Assembly (NCBI GenBank): GCA_029260825.1
Contig: JAJDCM010000102.1
Coordinates: 3,447-67,446, forward strand
Length of the DNA: 64,000 nt
Origin: Planctomycetota bacterium
GTDB taxonomy: Bacteria; Planctomycetota; JACOTG01; JAJDCM01
Direction: 5' to 3'
Of this stretch, positions 48,083 to 57,476 are shown piece by piece. How positions within the stretch are numbered: the stretch's first letter is position 1; each line of letters starts with the position of its first letter. A model generated the notes under the pieces. It saw only the letters and a list, made by a program, of their open reading frames with translations, did no database searches and had not been told where the DNA came from. A program made the translations under genes and the position numbers.

Positions 48083-48919
48083 TCAGCTTCCCTCCAGATC
48101 AGGCCAGCCATAAAAGAGAAAGAGCCCGGTGAGCGCATCTACATAGGCAGGATCCGGGCGCTCCTCGCGAGAGCCTGGGTCGAGGTACGACCGAATGTGT
48201 TGACGGTAGCTCCGGGTAATCAAACTCCCGAAATGAGGCTGGAACCGGCGAACATTCTCAACCCGATCGCCGCCACCCCGGAGCCCGAAAAACCCTGCTC
48301 CCAGAGGAGCGAACAGGTTCACGACATCGCAATAGGAATGGTAATTTCGCAGCTTCTGAATGCGACCACTTTGAGTGAGCCTCTCCACATCCTTCGAGTA
48401 AAAAAAGGAAGAAGATTGGATCAGGACCAGCTTGCGAAAATGAGCGATTTCGAACCGATCGGCCACCTCAAGGAGAATCTCGCAGCCATTTGAGAATCCT
48501 ATCGCATCAATCAAGAGAGGCCGGCGGCACTCACTGCGACCATGAACCGACGCGATCTCATCAAGCATCTCGACCAGGAGGGTGACCGGCGATTCCCTCT
48601 CGCAGTTCATCCAGACCCCAAACGGTTCTGACCAGTACGAGACCCGAATGGAGGTCCCTCCATCCTCTTCGACGATTTCCTTTTGTAGTTTCTTGTCCCA
48701 AGGGCTCCCCAGATCACGGAGCATCCCCTCACAGACAATGGAAATCCAGCACGGGTCCATCTCTCCGGAGCGAATCTCTTCAAGAGGAGCGGCAGGAAAA
48801 TGAAGGGAGGCACATCCGCTGCCGAAGAGGACGATTGACAGAAGGGGAGAGAAGAGCGCCAGCGAACGAGAAAAGCGTTTCACGCCAGTCAAGGGAATCC
48901 GAACCATCCAACGGGTCAT
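48083..48919 (-). CDS. Lipoprotein, putative alpha/beta-hydrolase (GxSxG)
   Basis: Has the lipobox LFGSGCAS and a possible nucleophile elbow GFSNG. It overlaps the lspA stop by 4 nt. Confidence 0.45.
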   Translation of the reverse strand: MTRWMVRIPLTGVKRFSRSLALFSPLLSIVLFGSGCASLHFPAAPLEEIRSGEMDPCWISIVCEGMLRDLGSPWDKKLQKEIVEEDGGTSIRVSYWSEPFGVWMNCERESPVTLLVEMLDEIASVHGRSECRRPLLIDAIGFSNGCEILLEVADRFEIAHFRKLVLIQSSSFFYSKDVERLTQSGRIQKLRNYHSYCDVVNLFAPLGAGFFGLRGGGDRVENVRRFQPHFGSLITRSYRQHIRSYLDPGSREERPDPAYVDALTGLFLFYGWPDLEGS

Positions 48920-49446
48920 GCCTTGCTCGGTTGTCCCTTTTTCCCGTCTGACTTGACGGGCTTTGAGAAGAGAGTCATGACCACGAGGATCGTCACTCCG
49001 ACCGAAATGTAGCTATCCGCCAGATTGAACGTTGGCCAGGTGAACTCCCGCTTGTAGTGCCAGTCGATAAAGTCTCGAACATACCCCAGAAACACTCGAT
49101 CGTAGAGGTTGCCAACCGCACCGGAAAGCACCAGCGCAAACGCAACCGTCATCCACCAGCCAGTGCCCGGTCGAAACATCAACGCCGTGATGACCCCGAC
49201 TGCCAGCAGAGACGCAACGATCAAACCGGTTCGCCGCACCGTCTCCGGCAGCTTCTCGAACAGTGAAAACGCCCCGTGAGGATTCGGAACAAAGGTCAGG
49301 TGAAAGTAGTCTTCTACGATCTCGATTTCCTGCCGCCTCCCGCCGTCCTTCCCGGCAAGTCGGCTTTCGGCCCAGGCCTTCGTCCACAGATCGAGAACGA
49401 CACCTATGAGCAAGATCAGCCCGACGACAATCAACCTCGACTTCAT
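48916..49446 (-). CDS. lspA: Lipoprotein signal peptidase (signal peptidase II)
   Basis: Has four TM segments and the conserved blocks NLYDRV and FNLADSYISVG. I chose an internal ATG (MKSRLIVVGLILLIG), which starts 2 nt after the upstream stop. Confidence 0.8.
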   Translation of the reverse strand: MKSRLIVVGLILLIGVVLDLWTKAWAESRLAGKDGGRRQEIEIVEDYFHLTFVPNPHGAFSLFEKLPETVRRTGLIVASLLAVGVITALMFRPGTGWWMTVAFALVLSGAVGNLYDRVFLGYVRDFIDWHYKREFTWPTFNLADSYISVGVTILVVMTLFSKPVKSDGKKGQPSKA

Positions 49447-49447
49447 C

Positions 49448-50695
49448 CTAAGGCTCCAAGAAGCTTCTAACCGTACCCGCAAGCCAACCCAGCTCGCCTG
49501 CCATCCCTTGCACCACATCGGGAGTCATTCGCAACTCCGGAAGGTGGGCAAGAACATGCTCCCAGGTATACGTTTCCACCACAAGAATATCGCTCAATTC
49601 CTGATCAAGGATCAAGCCCAGTGCTCGAGCCGTCTCTCCAATGGTGGTCGTACACCCATCAACACCCCCCAGATGAAGGGGCACGTGAACGTGGGCCCGG
49701 ATCTGAACAAACTCGGATAGTTTTTCCCGGCTCATCGTGGTCATCAACGGAAGGTCGGCGGCAACCCGCCTGACCACACCGTTTCGATCGAGCCCCATCA
49801 CCTGATGGAGATAGCGATCGGCGCCAAGCACCTGCAATAGTTCCAGTCCTTTTGGCTCATCCGCGGGATTGGAAAGAGATACCGCGCTCGAAACATGAAC
49901 CTTTGGAATGGATATCCCATTGGCGGTAAGCTGTCGATATCCGGCGCCGTGGTCCTCAAACATCACCGACTGATGACAGAGGTCAATATTCACTCCCACG
50001 TACCGGCGAAGGGCCGCCGAAGAATCCTCGACCAGATCTCCCCCCTCGCAGCTTCGAATAATGCCTCCGCCCGCCTCGAGGAGAAGATCGAAAAAGCTCA
50101 CCGCCTCATCAACGGTTTCGATCATTCCCCACGGTTCCGGCTCGATCGAGAGAACAATTCTCTTACCCGTCTTCCACTCGATCTCCGCGTAGGCAGCCGC
50201 AACCCGGGCCATGTTCCTGGCGACAGTTTGGAGGGTGTTCTCATCGACCCCAAAACCTCGATAGGTTCCCGGAGATGTGCTCACCGACGCCGTCTCGCCA
50301 GGAACAAGTTCGGCCAGGATCTTGCCCGCCAAACAAGTGGTTAAAACCCGCCTCTCCTCGAGCCAGGTCGGGGTAAACACATCACTCTTGACCGTTTCGC
50401 CATGAAAGTCGGAGATCGGAAAAGCGTTGACCGCCACGACCCGAAGGTCAAGCTCGGAAAGAGTCGCCTTGAGAGATTGGAGCTTTCCTTCATCTTGCGT
50501 GAGTTCAAGGGCCAGCTGTTCGCCGATATGCATCTCTACTGCAAAAGGACCATCCGGGCAAAAGCTGTCCTTCAGACGTCGCACCTGACCGCGGAGGTTC
50601 AGGCACAGATCCGCATGAGATTGGCCACCGAAAACATTCAAGCAATAGGCCAGGGTCGGATGGGCTTTGGTAGTCATCAGAAAACTCACAGGCAA
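49448..50695 (-). CDS. Xylose-isomerase-like TIM-barrel family protein (putative sugar-phosphate isomerase/epimerase)
   Basis: Has an alternating beta/alpha pattern with acidic/His blocks VLSIEPEPWG, NIDLCHQS, and VHVSS. Length is 415 aa. The family call is tentative. Confidence 0.35.
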   Translation of the reverse strand: MPVSFLMTTKAHPTLAYCLNVFGGQSHADLCLNLRGQVRRLKDSFCPDGPFAVEMHIGEQLALELTQDEGKLQSLKATLSELDLRVVAVNAFPISDFHGETVKSDVFTPTWLEERRVLTTCLAGKILAELVPGETASVSTSPGTYRGFGVDENTLQTVARNMARVAAAYAEIEWKTGKRIVLSIEPEPWGMIETVDEAVSFFDLLLEAGGGIIRSCEGGDLVEDSSAALRRYVGVNIDLCHQSVMFEDHGAGYRQLTANGISIPKVHVSSAVSLSNPADEPKGLELLQVLGADRYLHQVMGLDRNGVVRRVAADLPLMTTMSREKLSEFVQIRAHVHVPLHLGGVDGCTTTIGETARALGLILDQELSDILVVETYTWEHVLAHLPELRMTPDVVQGMAGELGWLAGTVRSFLEP

Positions 50696-50707
50696 GATCG
50701 GAAAAAA

Positions 50708-51433
50708 CTAACCCTTCATGAGCTCCACGACTTGCTTGGGAACCTCGACCTTCGTCGTGTTCAGATCCCGCACTTTCATCATGATAGTCTTCTTGCGCTC
50801 GATGGCTTTGTCGCCCCGTTGGATCCTGGTGAGGGTATGAACTTCAAGTCGCTCCACTCCACCCTTCGCATTGACCACAACGCCGATTCGCCCTGAATAC
50901 TCGGGCTGCTGAGAGCCTGGCTTGCCACTCCTCCCGCCGGAAAGCTCTTTCGCTCCGTCTGCGGTGAGATTGGCGTAGTGAATCGTCATCCCATCTTTTT
51001 CGGTCTTCTCTACCTTTTCGATCTTCTTCTTGAGATCTTGCAGGGCATGGTGGGGAACCGGAAGCGCAGCGATGGACATGGCCGCCTGCAGCGCGGGACT
51101 CGACTTCCCTCCCCGGGCTCGAGCTCCGGCCTGGGCTTTCTTGAGATCAACCAGGGTCCACACGCCTTCCTTATTCTTGTAGACGGTTTGGCTTCTGTTC
51201 CGGTAGATGGTGTGATTGCCCTTGGTGAAAAGGAAAGGCTTTCCTCGCTCCACCTTGCAGGAAACCGCCGTCTTCTTTTGAATCGACGCGGGGCCTCCCG
51301 ACTGCTCGACGGAAATCTCTACTCGGTAGCTCTTTGCCGCCTCCACCTTTTCGCTGATCTTGAGGAGATCCTGGATGGAGCTACCTTCTACCCCGAGAAA
51401 TACCAAAAGACACGCCGCTGCTAAACTGATCAT
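50708..51433 (-). CDS. Secreted protein of unknown function (possibly LolA-like beta-sheet fold)
   Basis: Has an N-terminal signal peptide MISLAAACLLVFLGVEG. No catalytic motifs found. Confidence 0.35.
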   Translation of the reverse strand: MISLAAACLLVFLGVEGSSIQDLLKISEKVEAAKSYRVEISVEQSGGPASIQKKTAVSCKVERGKPFLFTKGNHTIYRNRSQTVYKNKEGVWTLVDLKKAQAGARARGGKSSPALQAAMSIAALPVPHHALQDLKKKIEKVEKTEKDGMTIHYANLTADGAKELSGGRSGKPGSQQPEYSGRIGVVVNAKGGVERLEVHTLTRIQRGDKAIERKKTIMMKVRDLNTTKVEVPKQVVELMKG

Positions 51434-51608
51434 GATTCTCTCCGACCGGCAACTGCCACAAAAGACACGGAGGACTCCATGTCCTCTCGGAAAGAACCAT
51501 CAGACTAGAGAAAGCCGGAGATTGCAACTATTCATCCGGCCAGTGCCTCAGGACCGGGCTTTTCGCCGACACGGGCTGGGCCCGAAGGGCTGGCATCGGC
51601 GAAATCAT

Positions 51609-54600
51609 TTAACCCATCTGCTGGAGACGGGTCTTCAGATCCCGGACCACGTTGGCAAGGGGCATCATCCCTTCCGGAGTCGGAACCTGATTCGCGTCCG
51701 GAAGAGCCTCTGCGACCTGGTTCAGCAGGGTTTCGACCTCGGTTCGGGCCTCGGGAGAGCCTTGTTCTTCGCGGGCCAGAAGCTGGTACCGCTTGAAGCG
51801 CTCCCAGATCTTCTCGATCGCCTCTTTTTCTGCTCCTGTAGCAATCTCCCTGCCGTGGGTCAGAATCGGTGCCAACCGGTCGAGGAGGAGGGTGATCTGG
51901 GGAGACTTCTCCTTGCGATTCACCGTGAATCTAGGGAAGGAGTAGATCCTCGTCCCCAGACAAACCCCGAAGCTCTCAACTCGACTTTGATCGATGGAAT
52001 AGTCATCGAGATAGTAGTCGTAATCGATCTCGATGTTCCTCTCCGGAACACCGTGGTCCCGGTAGGTTTCATAGGTCGACCCCGCCGCGGGATAGACCTC
52101 AACACTCAAATTATCCGCCATGAAACGCAGAAGCTCGGAAGCGAGAACCCGGTCGGCAAGGCCGTCTTCGACGAGTCGATGTATGCGACAGAATCGAGGC
52201 ACAACAAAATCAGCCAGATCGTCCGGGCGAGCATCCGGTTGTTTGAACGATTCCAGAATCGAAGCGATTTCGTTTTCAACTTCGGAGAACGTCGACTTCT
52301 CGGTCTCGTCAAAATACCGGCGAAAATGAGCATGCTCTCGACAACGTTGCATGTAGAGAGGCTCGGGCCCGAGAGACACACGAACCGAGAATGGAGATTC
52401 CATGTCGGAGCCCTGGTAGCCAAAACGACTCACCTGAATCGTTCCTCGCTCTTCCTCCCCGAACTCGGCCACAATTTCATCGCCCTCACGACGATCTTCC
52501 ATCAGGCTGGACGGATCATCATGAGCTCCCGGATAAACTCGAAGATCAAAGCGGGTCGAGAGGTCCGAGAGAAGGGAACGCCCTTCTGCCCAGACTTCAG
52601 AATAAGCAGGAGAAGAGGGAGATCCGACTCCCTGCAAGACCTCGATCACGGATAGAGCCGAGCGCACTCGCTCCAGGGAAATCTCAGGAGGACAGGGCTT
52701 GCCTTCGATCGTGGAGACAAGAGCCTGATCATCGAGATTGCGAATGGTCTCCATCGCTGAAATGGTCACCGCTTCAACCTCAGGACACAGCTCTCCGATC
52801 CGGGAAAGACGGGAGAGAAGACCATCGGGCATCCCACCATGAACGACGAGATTTCCCCGAGCAATCACCTCTCCGTTGACCGTCAATGCTCGATTCTCGA
52901 TGGAGACGATGCTCCCTCGTGAAAGTCCCGCCTCCGTCTCCGTCGATTGATACTGGAACGCCTGGGATCCGGATTCAAAGAGATCGCAATACTTCTCGTT
53001 CCGGAGCGGACGATTGAGATGGATCGGCTCGAGGCAGATCTTCTTCTCGGCGAGAAAGCGAACCAACCTGGTGACGCCGGCCCGAAGAACCTCCGCCCCT
53101 TCCGGATCGATCTCACCGAGCCCAAATACCCGGGCATCAAAATCGTCAACAGACCTTGCGATCTTGCTCGCCATTGATTCGTAAACGGAATCCGTTCGGA
53201 AGAGAGACGGATCTGTATCCTGTTCGAGAGTCCGCAAGAATGCGGCGGCAGATGGTACATGTTCATCGCCAGCGGTTGCAACGAGCCACTGCAAATGCCG
53301 CAGGAGCTCGGGAAGTGGACCGAGAGAAACCTGAACCTTCCCCTTGCGGACGAGGTTTCTTTCAGCATCCGTTGAAGACGACCGATGAATCGATCTCTTC
53401 TCGACGTGAACCACCCGTCCTTCGGGAACCTGGTCATGGAAAACCGGCTCCACATCCATCTCGCGATTGTCCAGATCGACCCGGTCTCCCGGAGAGGGGC
53501 TCACCTGAATCCCAACCCTCGAGAGAAACGAGGGAAATTCGTTCTCGAGGATGCGGTCAAGCTCACTGGCAATCTTGGAGCAATCCGGGAAAGCGGCACG
53601 AATCAGTTCGGCCTCCGCGAACATCTCCACCGCAGGTTTCGCAAGTTCCTTTCGCCAGACCGTCTCGTCGGCAAACAAGGCAAAGTCCGGGCAGCCAAAT
53701 CGGGGCTCTACCCGGGAGGAATAAATGCGTTTCAGATTCGCCCGGTGTTCATCGACAAGGGGCTTCCGATCCAGGACATCTTCACCGGCCGGAACCAGGT
53801 CGGGCTGTTTTTCCCACCCTTCGGTAACCGACCAAACTCGATCGAAGATCCGGGACAGTTCGGGTTCAGATCCGAGGCTCACCACGACCCTCGCCCTTCT
53901 CGCCACCCGGTCCCCCGTGGTAAATCCATGAGCGTCCACCGCAACGACTCCCCCCGCACCGACCGAATCATCTCTTTGGTACGTGACCTCGTACTTTTTC
54001 GTATCTTTCGAGAGATCCTCGGCGGTGAGAAGACTTCCTTCCTGAGGGAACTTGTGAAAACCTTGGCGTGCAAGGAAGGAGGAAACATCGTCCCGGGAGA
54101 TATCGCCCAGGGACCCGTTCTTCAGATCTTCATAGAGGCAGATGACCTCGGCCACAAGAGCCGGCTGATTGTCCTGATCCACCTCAAAATGCCTCCCTGC
54201 AGTACAGGAGATCAGCCTGATCCGGGAGAGGCATTCTTCTCCGGCGGTAGCTTCCGCAAGGTTCACGTCTCGAACCTTCAGGAGGAACGGATCCTCAACA
54301 ACATCTCCTCGGCTCACCTGGATCTTGGCCGGTACGCTGAAGAAGGGAGACTGGAGCCCGAGACGGAGCGTCTCGATGACGATTCCCGGGTCAGCTGCGT
54401 GGCGAACCCTTTCAACTTCATAGGGATATCGACCCAGCTCCGGCTCATCATCCGATGCGAAGTGGTCGAGGAACTCACCCGGAGGGAATTCCACCACATC
54501 CGCACCATAGACACTCTTCAAGAAGGTTCGCACCGAAGTTTGAGTCTCTGTCGGAAGATGAAAAAAGACACCCGACACAAGATCGAAAATCAGCTCCAAG

Positions 54601-56009
54601 CCCTCCCGTCCTTCGAGTTCCCGGTTCGATCGAGAGAACGAATTTTCTCTCGCGTTGGAAAGAGCGGGTCCAAACGTTTCCTCCCGGATCTCCTCCTCAC
54701 GAATCAAGCCCTCGAGTTGATCCAGAACCTGATGAAACCGGCTCACCTCTCCTCGACTCACCACAACTCGAGGTCGAACGATCAGGCGTCCATCCACGGC
54801 AACTCCCGCAGACTTCAGCTCGAGAATTGCGCCCCGGCCTTTTCCCGCAACCGGTTTCTCACTGTATTCGTTCTCAAATTCATCCTTCCACCATTCAAAC
54901 GACGGGAGGTTGTCTTCGTTGATGACGACCGCTCCCAGAAGACGGAGCAACACCGTACACTTCGCCTCAAGACTCTTTCCGGCCTTCAACGACCTCGACA
55001 AGGTAAGAAGGGATGCGAGACCTTCTATGGCTCCATCCCGATCCTTGCTCTTGACTGCCTCTCGAACACTGGAAATGCACCCGGCAATGTTTGTTGAAGA
55101 CTCATCAGTACTCATCTCTTCCGTCGCCGCCTTGATCTCGTCAACCTTCTCAAGGAGCGCACCGGTTGAGAACCATTCATTAGCTTCTCCTCCCAACCAG
55201 CGCTTGAAATCTCTGATTTCATTCAGGAGAGAGCCGGCCTTGGTACCTCCAAGCCCCGAAAGCACCGAGCCAAGAAGGACAACCGCCGAACTCGCCGCTG
55301 CACCATTTCTGTCCACGACGGAGAGGTTGGTCGAGAAGTCCTTCACCGACTGCAACACCGACGAGAAGAGTTCCTTTTCCTTCTTCCCAAGATCCTTCCC
55401 GTCAGCAACGAGAGACTCGGTCATCGAGATGAGACGACTGAGAAACGGGGTCACCGCAACTTCGATATGCGGTTTGAGATAGGTTCCCGCCGAACTCTTC
55501 AGACCGGGAAGCCGTCTTGTAACCGTACCCTCCTTGGCATCGGCGATCGGCCGATACAGGACGGTGAAATCCTGGCCATGCACCGTGGATCCGGACCACA
55601 GAGCCATGGAATCCCCAAAACGAGGATGGGGAAGCTTCACTCCCTTCTGTTGAAAAGAGCTCACTCCATGATCTCCAAGGACCTTTTCCAGCTCCTTGAC
55701 GAGGGAGGCTGCGGTCGGAGAGCCAATCGTATCCGCCATCGTCGCGACTCGGTAGCCCTGCGCAAGAGCCCCAAGGCGATGAGGATGAGATCGGGAGGAA
55801 GAAGCCTTCTTCCGGAGGCGGCCCATTTCTTCCACGAGCTCCTGAAGATACGCGGAGTTCTTCTTTTCGCTCAGGCTCTCGACCATGCCCTCGCATTGCT
55901 CGACTACGGACTCTAGGAGATCTTTGACCATTGTCGTCATGGGAGTCTTTCTCTCGATTTCAAGAAACCAATCTTCGATTCTTCTTCTGAACGAAATCTC
56001 ATGATTCAT
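51609..56009 (-). CDS. Giant cytoplasmic protein with five or more repeats resembling the GrpE C-terminal beta-hairpin motif
   Basis: Has no signal peptide or TM. Recurrent blocks include HGFTTGDRVARRARVVVSLGSEPEL, VDGRLIVRPRVVVSRGEV, ALTVNGEVIARGNLVVHGG, RKGKVQVSLGPLPEL, and FSVRVSLGPEPL. For comparison, the E. coli GrpE C-terminus is GYTLNGRTIRAAMVTVAKA. Length is 1466 aa. Confidence 0.55.
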   Translation of the reverse strand: MNHEISFRRRIEDWFLEIERKTPMTTMVKDLLESVVEQCEGMVESLSEKKNSAYLQELVEEMGRLRKKASSSRSHPHRLGALAQGYRVATMADTIGSPTAASLVKELEKVLGDHGVSSFQQKGVKLPHPRFGDSMALWSGSTVHGQDFTVLYRPIADAKEGTVTRRLPGLKSSAGTYLKPHIEVAVTPFLSRLISMTESLVADGKDLGKKEKELFSSVLQSVKDFSTNLSVVDRNGAAASSAVVLLGSVLSGLGGTKAGSLLNEIRDFKRWLGGEANEWFSTGALLEKVDEIKAATEEMSTDESSTNIAGCISSVREAVKSKDRDGAIEGLASLLTLSRSLKAGKSLEAKCTVLLRLLGAVVINEDNLPSFEWWKDEFENEYSEKPVAGKGRGAILELKSAGVAVDGRLIVRPRVVVSRGEVSRFHQVLDQLEGLIREEEIREETFGPALSNARENSFSRSNRELEGREGLELIFDLVSGVFFHLPTETQTSVRTFLKSVYGADVVEFPPGEFLDHFASDDEPELGRYPYEVERVRHAADPGIVIETLRLGLQSPFFSVPAKIQVSRGDVVEDPFLLKVRDVNLAEATAGEECLSRIRLISCTAGRHFEVDQDNQPALVAEVICLYEDLKNGSLGDISRDDVSSFLARQGFHKFPQEGSLLTAEDLSKDTKKYEVTYQRDDSVGAGGVVAVDAHGFTTGDRVARRARVVVSLGSEPELSRIFDRVWSVTEGWEKQPDLVPAGEDVLDRKPLVDEHRANLKRIYSSRVEPRFGCPDFALFADETVWRKELAKPAVEMFAEAELIRAAFPDCSKIASELDRILENEFPSFLSRVGIQVSPSPGDRVDLDNREMDVEPVFHDQVPEGRVVHVEKRSIHRSSSTDAERNLVRKGKVQVSLGPLPELLRHLQWLVATAGDEHVPSAAAFLRTLEQDTDPSLFRTDSVYESMASKIARSVDDFDARVFGLGEIDPEGAEVLRAGVTRLVRFLAEKKICLEPIHLNRPLRNEKYCDLFESGSQAFQYQSTETEAGLSRGSIVSIENRALTVNGEVIARGNLVVHGGMPDGLLSRLSRIGELCPEVEAVTISAMETIRNLDDQALVSTIEGKPCPPEISLERVRSALSVIEVLQGVGSPSSPAYSEVWAEGRSLLSDLSTRFDLRVYPGAHDDPSSLMEDRREGDEIVAEFGEEERGTIQVSRFGYQGSDMESPFSVRVSLGPEPLYMQRCREHAHFRRYFDETEKSTFSEVENEIASILESFKQPDARPDDLADFVVPRFCRIHRLVEDGLADRVLASELLRFMADNLSVEVYPAAGSTYETYRDHGVPERNIEIDYDYYLDDYSIDQSRVESFGVCLGTRIYSFPRFTVNRKEKSPQITLLLDRLAPILTHGREIATGAEKEAIEKIWERFKRYQLLAREEQGSPEARTEVETLLNQVAEALPDANQVPTPEGMMPLANVVRDLKTRLQQMG

Positions 56010-56012
56010 GCA

Positions 56013-57476
56013 CTACGGAGGTGACGAGCCATCTTCTTTCTCGTCCTTCGGTGCCCGATACAGTCCCCACTGCACCACTTCTCCGGTTGCACCGAGGAAG
56101 TCGGTGTTCGGCCCGGGCTCGAGCCCCAACCCGAACATCTCTGCAAGAGCCCGAGGAAGATCTCCGCGAAACGATTCGATCTCATAAACCCAGACCCGGC
56201 GACTGTCCACATCCCAGTCGAGAGTCAGGGCAATCGCACCGTTTGCCTCAACAACACTCGTTTCTCCATCGGGCTTCAAAGGAACATGGATCGGAACCCG
56301 CTTCTCCACCTTTCCCGTACCCGCGGTTACAACCTCGCAGGACAGCGCTGCCTTTCGCGTCGGAATCAGCACTCCGGCACGACGGAAGGTCTTGAGAGCT
56401 CGAGAGGAAAGACGGTATTCGATGAAACGATCGGGCCTGGGAACGGGAACAAAGTGATCGACACTGAAAAGGACATCGCCCCCCGGACCCGCCGATCGGA
56501 AGATCCCCCCTGCTGCTTTGATGGTAGCGTTCGGCTGGACCGTGAAGCCCTGGAACTCTCCCCAGGGAGAACCGTGGACGAGCTCAATCACAACACTGGA
56601 CAGCGCCAGAGGGATTCGATGTTTTCTTCCAAGAGACTTCTGCAGGCTCGAAAGATAGGGGCTTCTTTGGAGTTTCTTGGGGTCTCCTTCGACCGGGAGA
56701 CTCTTGATCGAAAAGTCATTCCCGGCAAACCCGTTGGCCGGAATGTATGCACCCAAAAGAGCACTCTTCAGCCTTCTCTGAAACTCGGTTCGCCCAAGGC
56801 CCTTTCCCTCCGGAGAAAGATCGAGAACACCCAGAAGGAGTCTCTCTACTTCCGTGGCTTCGCCGGCGACGGAGGTGGGAGAGGTCGTCTCGATCCTCCT
56901 TCTCTCCGGGGATCTGTTCTTTCGGGGCAAAGAGGGCTCGAAAGATGCAATCCGGGCATGGAGGCCCGCCAGTAGTTCCTCTCGAGTGATCTCGGCAAGA
57001 AGAGCCGACTTCACCATGTAGACCGTCTCCAACTGATCGCCGGGAACAGGCATCTTCAGAACACACGGAAAAACCTTGTTCTCAAGAAGCGACTCGATGT
57101 TCGCCGCGATGAATCCGCGGGAATCCGTCACGCCCCTGGTGGCGGTGATCTTTCCTTCCACTTCCGGTCCAAGGTCGGAAACAATCAAGGAGATGAGCTT
57201 CTGGCGAGCAACGCCAAGGGACGGAGCCACCGCACTCATGCTGCCTGAGAGATCCGCGGCAACGTAACCCGAAGACGAAACGGCCACGTCATCCGGTCCG
57301 AGCAAGGCCATGATCGTCTCCCAGCTCGCCGCGTCCGGCTCGTGAATCGGTTCGATGACATGAGGAGATGGAGAAGATGCACAGCCCACGAGAAACCCGA
57401 GGGCCAGAACGGCTCCAAGAAGAGCGTATCTTCGCAATCGAATCACTTTCGTACTTCCTCCGTTTGTACTCTTCAC
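56013..57476 (-). CDS. Lipoprotein of unknown function
   Basis: Has the lipobox LALGFLVGCAS. It overlaps the upstream giant gene by 4 nt and ends 3 nt before the next start. Confidence 0.5.
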   Translation of the reverse strand: MKSTNGGSTKVIRLRRYALLGAVLALGFLVGCASSPSPHVIEPIHEPDAASWETIMALLGPDDVAVSSSGYVAADLSGSMSAVAPSLGVARQKLISLIVSDLGPEVEGKITATRGVTDSRGFIAANIESLLENKVFPCVLKMPVPGDQLETVYMVKSALLAEITREELLAGLHARIASFEPSLPRKNRSPERRRIETTSPTSVAGEATEVERLLLGVLDLSPEGKGLGRTEFQRRLKSALLGAYIPANGFAGNDFSIKSLPVEGDPKKLQRSPYLSSLQKSLGRKHRIPLALSSVVIELVHGSPWGEFQGFTVQPNATIKAAGGIFRSAGPGGDVLFSVDHFVPVPRPDRFIEYRLSSRALKTFRRAGVLIPTRKAALSCEVVTAGTGKVEKRVPIHVPLKPDGETSVVEANGAIALTLDWDVDSRRVWVYEIESFRGDLPRALAEMFGLGLEPGPNTDFLGATGEVVQWGLYRAPKDEKEDGSSPP

